Below, piece after piece: positions 19,577-30,352 of a DNA stretch of 64,000 bases. The first letter of the stretch is position 1; each line of letters opens with the position of its first letter. The notes under the pieces are model-generated. The model did not search any database, was not told the DNA's origin, and saw only the letters and a program-made list of their open reading frames with translations. The DNA comes from a virus (taxonomy: Duplodnaviria > Caudoviricetes). Position numbers and translations under genes: made by a program. The stretch lies in the IMG/VR virus record IMGVR_UViG_3300010340_001122. One strand, given 5' to 3'.

Positions 19577-20185
19577 ATGGGTACAATGTCAAAAAGTGAA
19601 AAAGAACACACTAGAATAAATGATGAATTTGATATGATTCAAGAAGAAAATATAGATTTTGATATAGCTGGGCATTTAGCTACTATTGATGATCTTCCTG
19701 ATTTGGGTCAAATTGAATTATATGATTATGATTCAGACTTAACTGTTGCATCTCAAAAAGGAATGGATGTAATTGAATCTCTTGTTGATCTATATTTGGG
19801 AGAATTTGGTGATTTAAAGAGTCATCCTTATATAAAAAATAAACTCAGAGAAGATGCTATGGTATATGCTGAAACTTTATTTTTATCTAAAATGACTAGA
19901 AAAAACTTTTTAACTCAGATGAGACAAGTTGATAATGGTGATAATTCTGCAAGAATGCATGAAGTTATAAATCAAACAATACGAGAAGTTAGAGAAAATT
20001 CTAAGTTCTCATCTTCACAGAGGACAGAATTAGAGGAATATTATAAAAAATTTAGAGAAGATTTAGGTGAAGTTGCCGCAGCTATGAAACTATCAAATCC
20101 TGATAAAGAAGAGGATGGTCAAATTGTTGATAATAAGAAGTTAAATGATATGATAAGTGAGGCAATGAAAAAGAAAAAATCTTAA
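19577..20185 (+). CDS. gp16: putative terminase small subunit
   Basis: NSARMHEVINQTIREVRENSK resembles the T4-type PR(A/M)YEV helix; divergent from TerL. Confidence 0.55.
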   Translation: MGTMSKSEKEHTRINDEFDMIQEENIDFDIAGHLATIDDLPDLGQIELYDYDSDLTVASQKGMDVIESLVDLYLGEFGDLKSHPYIKNKLREDAMVYAETLFLSKMTRKNFLTQMRQVDNGDNSARMHEVINQTIREVRENSKFSSSQRTELEEYYKKFREDLGEVAAAMKLSNPDKEEDGQIVDNKKLNDMISEAMKKKKS

Positions 20186-21027
20186 AATTTAAAATTTTCA
20201 AAACTCTTAATTAAATTAGAATATTGTAATTGTATATTATATTCTTTAAATCTATTAGCTTTGTTATGTGTAAATTCTTTTATTATTAATAAATTTTCAT
20301 CATTTTTAATTTTATCCTTTACTATTGTTTTTACTTCTTTTTCAGTTTTAGTAAGTAGTTTTTCTAAAATACTGTTTATATCTTTACACATCTGTATTGA
20401 CTTCATATTATCATCATAAAAAGTTATTTGATTGTAGTTTTCAATTTCTACATTTGATAATTTATCACCATCAGTTTTTAAACCTAGTAAATGTTGTAGA
20501 ACTAATTTAGATTTTAAATAAGAGATTTCATCATCGTCTTTATTGTAGAAGGTCTCTGAGATGAAATAATATTTTTTAATTTTTAATCCTATTTCTTCTA
20601 GTTTTTCTTCTAGTTTAGAAATTTGCTTTTCAAAATTAGCTTTTGTGTTTTTAGAACATATTATATAAATATCATCATTTGTATTAATAACCGGTCTAAA
20701 TAGAGAGATGTCTATATCAAATTTTATATTTTCAATTATTTCAGGATTTAAAAATTCCTGCATCGATATTCCTAAATTTGAAATATCTACTTTAGATTTT
20801 TTAGCTTTAACTTTTAATTTATTCATAAATTCATTAGATATCCAAAATATTTTACCATTAAATGATATTTTATTTCCTTGAGATTTATAAATTCCAGATT
20901 TGAATAGGTTGAATTCAGATATGTCCATTTTAATTATTGGAATATTTGGATTTAATTTATCTACAATCCAGGGTTTTGATTCTATTTTTAAAATTATGTC
21001 TAGTTCAATAAAGTGAGCATTCATCAT
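20182..21027 (-). CDS. degenerate HAD-like protein with tag-like C-terminus
   Basis: HFIELDIIL, IICSKN, ITFYDDNMKSI; ends NLIKSFENFKF. Confidence 0.55.
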   Translation of the reverse strand: MMNAHFIELDIILKIESKPWIVDKLNPNIPIIKMDISEFNLFKSGIYKSQGNKISFNGKIFWISNEFMNKLKVKAKKSKVDISNLGISMQEFLNPEIIENIKFDIDISLFRPVINTNDDIYIICSKNTKANFEKQISKLEEKLEEIGLKIKKYYFISETFYNKDDDEISYLKSKLVLQHLLGLKTDGDKLSNVEIENYNQITFYDDNMKSIQMCKDINSILEKLLTKTEKEVKTIVKDKIKNDENLLIIKEFTHNKANRFKEYNIQLQYSNLIKSFENFKF

Positions 21028-21039
21028 AAACTATATATT

Positions 21040-21072
21040 AAAAAACCCATTTGATAAATCAAATGGGTTTTT
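21040..21072 (-). terminator. intrinsic terminator
   Basis: AAAAACCCATTTGAT-AA-ATCAAATGGGTTTTT. Confidence 0.85.
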
Positions 21073-21074
21073 CA

Positions 21075-21524
21075 TTATGCTATTTCGTTTTCTAATGCAA
21101 ATTCATATAAAATTGGAAGATTTAAATATTTTAAAAAACCATTTCTAACATCCTTCATAGTTTTAGAATTTTTTAAAATTGATATTACCTTCATTCCAAA
21201 TTCTTCTTGATATAATAAAGAACAATCGATCCAAGTTTTTTTATAATTATTCATAATTTTCCATTCAGTTTCACCACCAGATAGCCAGTATAGTGATTTT
21301 TCTGGTGTTATATTATAATAGTCTAAATTTTGTATTTCTAAATCCCAGAATTTGCTATCTGATTTACTTTTATATTTCATTATGATAGCAACTGCTTCAG
21401 CTAGATCTGTTGTTATATGATTTCCTATTTCAAAATAATAATGTTCACCTTCTTTATCAATTTTTATGAAATTATCTGACCATACGTCAAAGTTTCTCAT
21501 CAAAGCCACTTTTTTCTTTTTCAT
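21075..21524 (-). CDS. hypothetical protein
   Basis: 149 aa ORF. Confidence 0.7.
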   Translation of the reverse strand: MKKKKVALMRNFDVWSDNFIKIDKEGEHYYFEIGNHITTDLAEAVAIIMKYKSKSDSKFWDLEIQNLDYYNITPEKSLYWLSGGETEWKIMNNYKKTWIDCSLLYQEEFGMKVISILKNSKTMKDVRNGFLKYLNLPILYEFALENEIA

Positions 21525-21555
21525 GAATGAAAAATTATTTTTTATATCAATTTGA

Positions 21556-21837
21556 TTATTTTATACCACTATTCCATTTTCCTTTAAAATTTCCTTTTTC
21601 AAAAATACCATTTTCCCAATTACCATAAAAATTTCCTTCTTTGAAAATTCCATATTTCCAATTACCGGTATAGAAGTCACCAGAGTGCCAAATGAGAGTA
21701 TTTTTTTTAATCTCTATTTTAGCATTCTCGATCTCTGAATCTAGTAACCAATAAAATTTCTGCGATTTTAAAATGACATCTATCTCTTTTTGATTCTTTA
21801 TAGACTTACCATTTATTAATAATTCCTGATATCTCAT
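21556..21837 (-). CDS. hypothetical protein with G-x-(F/W) short repeats
   Basis: WHSGDFYTGNWKYGIFKEGNFYGNWENGIFEKGNFKGKW. Confidence 0.7.
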   Translation of the reverse strand: MRYQELLINGKSIKNQKEIDVILKSQKFYWLLDSEIENAKIEIKKNTLIWHSGDFYTGNWKYGIFKEGNFYGNWENGIFEKGNFKGKWNSGIK

Positions 21838-21915
21838 ATTGTTAATTTAAACTTGAGGTATATATTCAGGTCGGAATATTACTAAATATACTAAGTGGAT
21901 TTTTTCAGTAAAAAT

Positions 21916-21944
21916 AAAAAAACCTAACATTATGTTAGGTTTTT
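21916..21944 (-). terminator. intrinsic terminator
   Basis: A7-CCTAACAT-T-ATGTTAGG-T5. Confidence 0.8.
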
Positions 21945-21951
21945 ATTTAGA

Positions 21952-22329
21952 TTATTTATTCAAATTGTCAAGAAATTCTTTTTCTTTTTTAGAAAGTGAG
22001 TCAATTCCTTTTTCAGAAATTTTTTCTAGAATAACATCAACATCCAAAGACATTTTTGTATCTGTTTTGAATGATAATGATGACATATTTTTTAGAAAAT
22101 CTTTGAAATTATCTTGAAATATTATTTCTTTTTTTGAAGATTCATGCACATAAGCAACAGCCTCAAAAGTATTCTTATCGAAGAATATTTTTGTATATCC
22201 AGATTCTTTGTGTTCAAAGAGTTTATTGGCGTCTATATTTTCTATGCCGTTATCATCAAGAAGTCTTTGAAAGTCTTCAACCGATTTGAATCTATTCAAG
22301 TGAATTGATATTACGTTTTCGAATTTCAT
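21952..22329 (-). CDS. hypothetical protein with C-terminal DUF6576-like motif
   Basis: VDVILEKISEKGIDSLSKKEKEFLD; TATATTTG box upstream (22350-22357, minus strand). Confidence 0.7.
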   Translation of the reverse strand: MKFENVISIHLNRFKSVEDFQRLLDDNGIENIDANKLFEHKESGYTKIFFDKNTFEAVAYVHESSKKEIIFQDNFKDFLKNMSSLSFKTDTKMSLDVDVILEKISEKGIDSLSKKEKEFLDNLNK

Positions 22330-22397
22330 GTGTTTCTGTGTTTGTTTTACAAATATACAAATTATATTTTATATATACTAAAAAAGATTATTTTTTT

Positions 22398-24962
22398 ATG
22401 AAGAAACTATTAACTAGAGACTCATATCTAAAGGAAATTAATAATAAGTATTATAGTAAATTCACAGGAGTTCCTGTGAATGAAGTTTTTGCTAATGATA
22501 TTCCTTGGGGTGATACTCACATTGGCAGAATGATAAACTCTATAGCCAGAAAGGCAAAAATTGTTTTTAATAAGAGAAGAATCAGTGGGTTAATAAATGG
22601 ATTAAAATCTTTATTCGATGAGATGTTGGTTGTTGGTAAGGTTGATATGACAAATATCGATGAGATGTTTTTAAAAATATCTATATACCTTGGATTACTA
22701 GAAGAACAAGTTAAGGATGAGAATGAAGAAATTGATATAATAATAGGAACGACTTCGGATTTAATACAATTTGTAACGGATTATAAATTTGATGAGAAGG
22801 AGATAATGTTAAAAACTTTAAATGACTTTTTAGACTTTCTAAAGGAATTAAAAGATGGAAAAGTTGATAAGTCAGAGGTTGTTGAAGAACCTACTGTTGA
22901 TATTTATGGTAGTTCATTGAACCTTTTACAATCAGTAGTCCAATTACATAATCTTATTGCATCAAAACAAAAGACACAGACACCAATTGAGAAGAAACCT
23001 AATAAGACCAATATACAAGTTGGTAAGGAGTATTTATATGGTGATAAAGTCGTTAAAGTTGTGGACTTAGAACATCCAAGAAAAGCAGGTAATGATAAAA
23101 AATGGTTAACTGGTGATGATTCTCGAAATAAAGAAGAAGATATAAAACCGAATGTATTTGTTATATGGAGAGACCCTCAAACAAAAACATATAAACCAAA
23201 CGCAGCAAGTCAAGCAGTTGATCCATCAAAACTTAAACCAATTAGTGGTGATGTTAATGTTAGTAAGAAACCAGTTGCGGTGAATGCTAGTAGACAATAT
23301 GATATGACTGATACTTTTATTAATGAGAGTACCGAGTCTGATAATATATGGAATAAAATTGTTAAATCATATAATACAGTTGGATTGTCAAAGATGATTC
23401 CAAGAATAAAAGAACTTATTGAAAAATCAAAAGATGAGAACTCCAATGAGAAAAAATATGTTTCTATTATAGGAAAACAAGTTATTATGAATAAGTCTAC
23501 TGTTGGTAAAGAAATTCCCTACGATCAACTTATCAAAGAAGAAGTAGATCCTATACCTACTAGTTATAACGATATACCTAAGGCAATATCATTGATAAGT
23601 AGGTATATTTTACCAGTTAGAGATCATAAAGACGCCTTAAAGGATAAAGTTGAAGAAATAAAAGTTATTTCTTCATTTATAGATGGCTTTAGTGAATTAG
23701 AGAATCTTTTGAAAAAATCAAATAGTAGTGAAGACATTAAAAAAGAATCTTTAGTTGGATATTCTAAGTTTTTAATTTTATTAGAAAACTCTAAATATCA
23801 TAGTCAGATATTGGAAAAATTTAATGAGTTATTTACGGATGAGATTAAGAAGACTTTCCAAATATCTGAAGAGATGAGAGGTAAATTGGAAAATATGAAA
23901 GAATATCCTGAAGGACAACTTGTATTTACATCTAGTGATCCAATCATTGAAATAGTTAGACTATTTAATAGAGCTTGGAGAATACATACACCTGGTGTTA
24001 TTCCTTCTGGAAGAACTGGTGGTAGAGTTTCCAATTCTGTATTTAGAGAATATGAAGATCTAGGAAGTGGAAGTGGTACACCTGATTCACCGGGCAGCGG
24101 TCCTTATAGAAATATTGAACTTTATGATTCTTGGTTTGAATCAGTTCAAGATATTTTAAGTGATACTAAATACAGACCTATTTTTAGTGAAAGTGCTGTT
24201 TTTAGATTTGTTAATGAGGAGACCGGACAAGAAGGTGATTCGATTAAGAAGGGTGGAAAAATACTTTTAAAATTTATAAATGAATTATTATCTGATAGTA
24301 AAATGTATAAGTCAGGTGCTATTAATAAGTTTATAGTTGAATATTTCCAATTAGATCCTTCAAAAATTGAAGGAGTTAATACAACATATGCTGGATTTGA
24401 AAATGATTCTAAAAATAATAATAGCACTTCTTCTACAATAAAAACTACGGAAGTTGAATATAGAAGTATGGATAGAATTAAAGAATTAAATAAATATTCT
24501 GATGATTTAGGTAAATTATTCTCTGATATCTCAAATAATGGACCTTATAAGAACTTAGCTTTCAGAATTGAAGTAGATACAAAAATATATTTTTGTGTTT
24601 ATAACTCTACTGAAAATGGATATCCAATTTTTACATTTAGTTCAGGTAATTACGCTTATGATTTGACTAAAATTAGTGGTATTTCAAAAGTTAGTGCTCC
24701 TTTAAATGTCTATTTAGCATCATTGGAGAAAAACAGCAGCTTCAAAGTGGGATCTACATCTAAGGTTAAATATGTTGAAATATCTAAAAATACAGTTTCT
24801 GATGGTGATGAGATCACATCAGATTTTAAAATTTCTAAAATTGAAATTCTTTGTGAGAAAAGTTCTCAAGATCTTTATTTAGAATTGGAAAAATATCTAC
24901 CTAATTTGAAGAGTAATATTAGTAGAAATCTACCTAAATCAAAGATACTTTTAAAAAAATAA
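22398..24962 (+). CDS. large hypothetical protein, probably virion-associated and processed
   Basis: ATATATA upstream; several hydrophobic-x-E sites (VNE, INE, IKE, LLE); Gly/Pro-rich core IPSGRTGGRVS. Confidence 0.7.
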   Translation: MKKLLTRDSYLKEINNKYYSKFTGVPVNEVFANDIPWGDTHIGRMINSIARKAKIVFNKRRISGLINGLKSLFDEMLVVGKVDMTNIDEMFLKISIYLGLLEEQVKDENEEIDIIIGTTSDLIQFVTDYKFDEKEIMLKTLNDFLDFLKELKDGKVDKSEVVEEPTVDIYGSSLNLLQSVVQLHNLIASKQKTQTPIEKKPNKTNIQVGKEYLYGDKVVKVVDLEHPRKAGNDKKWLTGDDSRNKEEDIKPNVFVIWRDPQTKTYKPNAASQAVDPSKLKPISGDVNVSKKPVAVNASRQYDMTDTFINESTESDNIWNKIVKSYNTVGLSKMIPRIKELIEKSKDENSNEKKYVSIIGKQVIMNKSTVGKEIPYDQLIKEEVDPIPTSYNDIPKAISLISRYILPVRDHKDALKDKVEEIKVISSFIDGFSELENLLKKSNSSEDIKKESLVGYSKFLILLENSKYHSQILEKFNELFTDEIKKTFQISEEMRGKLENMKEYPEGQLVFTSSDPIIEIVRLFNRAWRIHTPGVIPSGRTGGRVSNSVFREYEDLGSGSGTPDSPGSGPYRNIELYDSWFESVQDILSDTKYRPIFSESAVFRFVNEETGQEGDSIKKGGKILLKFINELLSDSKMYKSGAINKFIVEYFQLDPSKIEGVNTTYAGFENDSKNNNSTSSTIKTTEVEYRSMDRIKELNKYSDDLGKLFSDISNNGPYKNLAFRIEVDTKIYFCVYNSTENGYPIFTFSSGNYAYDLTKISGISKVSAPLNVYLASLEKNSSFKVGSTSKVKYVEISKNTVSDGDEITSDFKISKIEILCEKSSQDLYLELEKYLPNLKSNISRNLPKSKILLKK

Positions 24963-24971
24963 TTTAAATAA

Positions 24972-25358
24972 ATGAATCATATTAAAACATTTGAAGGATT
25001 TTTCACAAATAAAAGTAAAAGGAGTATTTTAAGTAATTTGTTTAGTAAAGAAGATGATGAGTTTGCTCAAAAAATTTTAAATTCTTTAGAATCAAATAGA
25101 ATTGGTGATATATCCAGATATGGTGATTATAAAAGATCAGTTAAATTACAATCTAATGGAAATACATATCTAGTTACCGTTCAGAAAAGTTCAAAAAGTG
25201 ATTATGTCTTAATAATAAATAATAAACATTTTATAGATCGAAATACTGGTAAATCAACTGTTTCGAAGAAAATTATTAAAAATATTTGGGAATTTTTGGA
25301 TAAAGAACATGATAAAAAATCTTTTAATAAGGAAGATATGAAGAAAGATTTTGAATAA
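24972..25358 (+). CDS. hypothetical protein with N-terminal tag
   Basis: MNHIKTFEGF. Confidence 0.75.
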   Translation: MNHIKTFEGFFTNKSKRSILSNLFSKEDDEFAQKILNSLESNRIGDISRYGDYKRSVKLQSNGNTYLVTVQKSSKSDYVLIINNKHFIDRNTGKSTVSKKIIKNIWEFLDKEHDKKSFNKEDMKKDFE

Positions 25359-25360
25359 GT

Positions 25361-25383
25361 AAACCCGTTTTAACGGGTTTTTT
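25361..25383 (+). terminator. intrinsic terminator
   Basis: AAACCCGTT-TT-AACGGGTTTTTT. Confidence 0.85.
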
Positions 25384-25407
25384 AATTATATAATTAATAT
25401 ATAGACT

Positions 25408-26028
25408 ATGAAATATTTGAAAAAGTATATTCTTTTTTTAGAGGATATTGAAAATATAGTAACAGATGATATTAGTGCATTACCATCAGATCCAGAATTA
25501 GACTCAAAGACTGATAAAACAAAATCTGAGTCTTTATCAGACTCACAAGCACTTTTAAGAGAATTTCAAGATAAAAAGAGTAAAATAGAGAGTATTTTTA
25601 AGGATCCAAAAATAACTGATGATGTTTCACTTGATAATGCCTTATTAAATGGTGTTTATAATAGTAAAAGGGAAGTTAAAGATAGAAATAAATGGATTAA
25701 AGAGTTTGAATCAATTCTTCGAGCAGAAAGAAGAAAGAATGCTCTTCAATCAGCTATAGGTAGTGATGAGGATCAAGTTAAAAAAACTAACGATGATATA
25801 AATCGATTAAATAATGAGATATTAAATGCTTCTGACAAAAGAAAAGATCAGATTGTTTCATCTCTAGAAATGAATAAAAAAAGACTTAAAGAAATTAAAG
25901 ATAATATTCTTTTGAATAAGAAACTACTTTCAGAAGATATAACTAATTGGAATAAAAATCTTGAGAATTTTAAAAAGTCTATTAAAATTGAGGAAGAAAG
26001 AATAAAGAATTTACTGTCTAAAGTATAG
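25408..26028 (+). CDS. coiled-coil hypothetical protein with N-terminal tag
   Basis: MKYLKKYILFLED; ATATATA-GACT-ATG. Confidence 0.75.
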   Translation: MKYLKKYILFLEDIENIVTDDISALPSDPELDSKTDKTKSESLSDSQALLREFQDKKSKIESIFKDPKITDDVSLDNALLNGVYNSKREVKDRNKWIKEFESILRAERRKNALQSAIGSDEDQVKKTNDDINRLNNEILNASDKRKDQIVSSLEMNKKRLKEIKDNILLNKKLLSEDITNWNKNLENFKKSIKIEEERIKNLLSKV

Positions 26029-26094
26029 AAATAGAAAAAAAATGGTTTTTCCTTTTAATATATAAAACATAAAATAAAAAATAATTAAAAAAAT

Positions 26095-29000
26095 ATGGCA
26101 ATTCAAATCGGTAAATACAAAAGACCAGGAATCTTCATAGAAGAAATTGACAAATCGATTATCACCAGCCCAACCGTGGAAGGTTTTGCTAATTTAGTTA
26201 TTGGATTCTCTAAAAAGGGTCCAGTAAACTCAGCAGTTTTGTTAAAAACTGTTGGTGATCTAGAAAGAATCTTCGGTTCTGTTGATAGACAATTAGAGAG
26301 AAAAGGTTCTTTTTTCCATAGAACTATTTCAAAAATGTTAGAATCAGCTCCTGTTTATGCAGTTAACCTATTGTTAACTGATGATACACTTGACCAAATT
26401 GAGTATCAATCTGTTTCAGCAACCCCAATACATAATAATGATATTGAGAGAACAGCAGCTTATAGAAAGTTTTTTGATACAACTGGATTTTGGAAGAGAG
26501 ATACTGAGTCTTTTATAGACACTACAAAACCTAACTCTGGATATGAAAACAGAGTATTAAATTTTACAAATCTTTCAGATAGATTTATTACAGTTTTTTG
26601 TGTTAAATCTTCTGTAACAGGATTTGAAAGACCATTACTTGAATGGTATGGTTCAATTGAAAAACTTCCACCTTATTTATATTCTACCGATTTGGCATCT
26701 GACTACTTAGTAGATGTTATTGTTGTTGGTGGTGATTGGTCTAATTATCAAGAATTATCTGTCGATCCAAGATGGACAGCATATTTCTCAGCAGAAGGTT
26801 TGAAAAAGAATCAAATTAGAAATTTTGCTAATGATAGAAATATTACTCTATTGGGTTATTATGAAGGTCTTTCTTTGGTTCCATATTTTAGAGATTTGAA
26901 TGGTAGAAATATATTTATTGAAACAATTATTAACAGAGACACAGATAAAACTGGATTGTTTTGTGCATTTAACAATGATTTATTTGAAACAGACTATCCA
27001 AAGGGACTTGTCGATTTAATTGGTAACTCATTAGTTGGAGATGATTTATTAAGTAATCCTCCATCAGTTGATGAAACTTACTACAAATCATTGGATGCTA
27101 ATGATGGTAAAGTTGATGGTGAATTATCAATCGATTTCTTATCATATAAGGAACAGATAACTGAGACTTTAACGTTTGCTAATAGAGTATTGGATAGACC
27201 AGGTAATGTTATCGCTTTATTTGATGGATTAGGTAGTGGTACTTCATCGTTGTATCAGAATATATATACACACTCTTATAATGATTCATCATCTGTTTTA
27301 GGTGGTGTTGTAACAGGACCTAATGATGATACAAATTTACAATATGTTAAATATCCTAATAGAACATATTGGTTCGCTGAGGGATATGTTAATGACCTTG
27401 TATATTCAAGTTTTGATACAAGTGGTACTTCAAGTTGGACAGCAACATATACTGTAGATACTACATCGGATAATGGTTATGCTATTATTGGTGGAAACTA
27501 TATTCCTTTATCAGGAACATATTCTATCCAATTAAAAGCCAGCTCTTTTCCAACTATTACATCTACTCAATCATTTAATTGGGCTTTTGTACTAGATTCG
27601 ACAGGTAATATTTCTGCTAAAATATCCACAGCTACTTCTTCTAAAGCTACAGTTGCTTCTACTGATATTGTTTTACAATATGGTACAGCAGATTTAAATA
27701 ATGGTATGTTTGTACCATCTAGTGAAGTTGGATCATCTGTTACTATTGATAGTACAACTGGTGGTGGACCATCTTCATATATTCCAATGGAATTAGGAGT
27801 TGATTATATTATATCAACAGCATCAACACCTCAACAACCATTAAATGATGGAGATTTTAAAGTTGAGTTTTTAAATACTAATTCTACACCAGATGTTAAA
27901 AACTATGAACAATATAGAAGATTTAAAATGTTTAACTCGTTATTAACTTATATTGATACAAGTTCTACATATAGAGGTCTTATGTTGTTGGGTCCAGGTG
28001 GACAAGGAAATGCTAATTATGAGACTACAAAAAAGAGCCTATCTGGAGTAACTTTTAGTAATATTAAGACTGGAACAACTGTTAACAAATCATTTGTTGT
28101 TAAAACTGGATTAACATATGCTGATATTCAAGATATTGTTGAGGCTGGTGAGCTTGTATTTTATAAACTAGATGATGAGTTTTTAATTGACTATGCTGGT
28201 TTTGAGACTAAAAACACATTACCAGTGTTGGATGGTACTACTGCATCTTTTGGTGTGGTTGGTAAATATTCAACATTCTACACACAATATGATCAAGGAT
28301 TAATAGGTGCTGGAGATATTTTCTTCCAAAATGAACTTTGGGATGGAGTACAGGTTAATTTTATACCTGGTTTAGGAATAACTGCTTCTTTAGAGGGTTA
28401 TAATTATGTTCTATTCAGAGTTGAAGAGGGTAATACTTATACATCTCAAAATAAAGCATATTTTAATCAATTGAATAATAATATTGGAGATGATATTGTT
28501 CAAGGATACCAATTTTTGATAGGTGGTGTTCTTAATAGTGGAGCATTCACATTGAAGTATGATCAGGGATTAACTGTTGAAAACGGACTGTCTTTACCTG
28601 GTGATGCTGGTGGTGATGCGACACTCGCTTCAGGAAGAGCTTATTTAATAGCTACATATAGTAATACAACTATCGATTCAATTGATACTGCGTCTTATAG
28701 CTATTATGCATATGAAGTTTCTGAGACTGTTTCTGATGAAACTTTAAATATTAGTAAATTATATGGGTATAATAATGAATTCTCAGGAGCTGGTATTTAT
28801 CTATCTCCTTACCAAAAGGATAATGGAGATTTAGTGGTTAATTTTACAAATTTTGGATTAGCTACACAATCAGTAATGAGTTCTTTAAATCCTACTGCTA
28901 ATAGTGCATTAGCAACTAATGGAATTATCTATGTTAAGTCATCGAAGAGTAACTTTAAACAATCTCTTGAGGTGGAATATCCAACAGGATGGTCTGCTGT

Positions 29001-30303
29001 TCCTAATAAGGTTCTTGTTAAGAGAGATAGATATTCTGAGGTCAAAGTTGGAGATTTCTTAGAAGCAGCATACGATCCTACATTATTAAAATCTGATCAA
29101 ATGCCTAAGAAACTTACTAGAATTCAAACTAAAAAACTTTGGTCTGTTAATTCTGACTATGTTGAACTATCTTGTGATTCATCAGTTAAATTGAGATCAT
29201 TTAATGGTGATTATCAAACAAACAGATACACTAAAATAGATGATTATGTTAAAACATATAAAGCAATTTCTCTAAAAGGATTTAGAATTAGAGAAGCATC
29301 TATACCAGATGGTACAGAGTCTAAACAATCATCGATACTTGATGTAGTTGCTAAAGGAACTCCTTTGTTCAAAGCACTTACAAATAAAGAAGCTTTTGAT
29401 TTTAGATATCTAATCGACTCATTTGGTCTAGGTTTAACACCTGACTCTAAACAACAATTAGTTGATGTTTGTGGGGATCGCCTTGATGCTTTTGGTATCT
29501 TGAATATGCCATCGTTGAAATCGTTTAAGAATTCAGTTTCTCCAACATTCAAAGATGGTAATGGAACACTACAAGTAGAGTATATTGCTAAAGGTGGTGA
29601 TCCAGAAAGTAATCCAGATTTCCTTTACTCATTCGGTAAAGGCGCCGGTGTAACTTCTGTTGGTTATTTCTTACCTTATATAACAGTTGACGATTTTGGT
29701 AGACCAGTTGATGTACCACCATCAGCATATGTAGGATTGACATTTATGAGAAAACATAATAGCACAACTACAAGTATTGTTCCTTGGACAATTGCAGCGG
29801 GTGTTAATAATGGTAGAATTACTGGTATACAAGACCTTGAGCAAATATTCACTCCTTCTGATCTTGAATATCTAAATCAGGCTCAAATGAATCCATTAAC
29901 TTTCAAGAGAAATAGAGGATTCGTAATTGAAACTGAAAATACAGCTCAAGTACTTTATAAATCAGCACTTTCTTACATACACGTAAGAGAAGTATTGATT
30001 GAACTTGAAAGAGAGTTATCTAGAATGTTGTTAGACTTCCAATGGAAATTCAATACAGCAGAAATTAGATCACAAATCAAGTTACAAGCTGACGTTATTT
30101 GTGAGAAATATGTGGCTCAAAACGGTCTTTACAATTACTTCAATAAGATCGATGAGGAGAATAATACTCCAGAGATTATTGATAATCAAATTGGTGTTCT
30201 TGACACATATGTTGAACCAATCAAGGGTATGGGTATAATTGTGAATAATATCACAATACTTAGAACTGGAGCTATCTCAGCAGGTGGATTCATCAACTCT
30301 TAA
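26095..30303 (+). CDS. gp18: tail sheath protein with large central insertion
   Basis: RPGIFIEEID...GFSKKGP; C-terminal VPPS, PW..AAG..NG, NPL, SALSYIHVR, FN..EIR, DEENNTPEIIDN, YVEP. Confidence 0.92.
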   Translation: MAIQIGKYKRPGIFIEEIDKSIITSPTVEGFANLVIGFSKKGPVNSAVLLKTVGDLERIFGSVDRQLERKGSFFHRTISKMLESAPVYAVNLLLTDDTLDQIEYQSVSATPIHNNDIERTAAYRKFFDTTGFWKRDTESFIDTTKPNSGYENRVLNFTNLSDRFITVFCVKSSVTGFERPLLEWYGSIEKLPPYLYSTDLASDYLVDVIVVGGDWSNYQELSVDPRWTAYFSAEGLKKNQIRNFANDRNITLLGYYEGLSLVPYFRDLNGRNIFIETIINRDTDKTGLFCAFNNDLFETDYPKGLVDLIGNSLVGDDLLSNPPSVDETYYKSLDANDGKVDGELSIDFLSYKEQITETLTFANRVLDRPGNVIALFDGLGSGTSSLYQNIYTHSYNDSSSVLGGVVTGPNDDTNLQYVKYPNRTYWFAEGYVNDLVYSSFDTSGTSSWTATYTVDTTSDNGYAIIGGNYIPLSGTYSIQLKASSFPTITSTQSFNWAFVLDSTGNISAKISTATSSKATVASTDIVLQYGTADLNNGMFVPSSEVGSSVTIDSTTGGGPSSYIPMELGVDYIISTASTPQQPLNDGDFKVEFLNTNSTPDVKNYEQYRRFKMFNSLLTYIDTSSTYRGLMLLGPGGQGNANYETTKKSLSGVTFSNIKTGTTVNKSFVVKTGLTYADIQDIVEAGELVFYKLDDEFLIDYAGFETKNTLPVLDGTTASFGVVGKYSTFYTQYDQGLIGAGDIFFQNELWDGVQVNFIPGLGITASLEGYNYVLFRVEEGNTYTSQNKAYFNQLNNNIGDDIVQGYQFLIGGVLNSGAFTLKYDQGLTVENGLSLPGDAGGDATLASGRAYLIATYSNTTIDSIDTASYSYYAYEVSETVSDETLNISKLYGYNNEFSGAGIYLSPYQKDNGDLVVNFTNFGLATQSVMSSLNPTANSALATNGIIYVKSSKSNFKQSLEVEYPTGWSAVPNKVLVKRDRYSEVKVGDFLEAAYDPTLLKSDQMPKKLTRIQTKKLWSVNSDYVELSCDSSVKLRSFNGDYQTNRYTKIDDYVKTYKAISLKGFRIREASIPDGTESKQSSILDVVAKGTPLFKALTNKEAFDFRYLIDSFGLGLTPDSKQQLVDVCGDRLDAFGILNMPSLKSFKNSVSPTFKDGNGTLQVEYIAKGGDPESNPDFLYSFGKGAGVTSVGYFLPYITVDDFGRPVDVPPSAYVGLTFMRKHNSTTTSIVPWTIAAGVNNGRITGIQDLEQIFTPSDLEYLNQAQMNPLTFKRNRGFVIETENTAQVLYKSALSYIHVREVLIELERELSRMLLDFQWKFNTAEIRSQIKLQADVICEKYVAQNGLYNYFNKIDEENNTPEIIDNQIGVLDTYVEPIKGMGIIVNNITILRTGAISAGGFINS

Positions 30304-30321
30304 TGATAAGCAATAATAAAG

Positions 30322-30352
30322 AAAACTCCAATAGAAATATTGGGGTTTTTTT
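30322..30352 (+). terminator. intrinsic terminator
   Basis: AAAACTCCAATA-GAAA-TATTGGGGTTTTTT. Confidence 0.85.
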
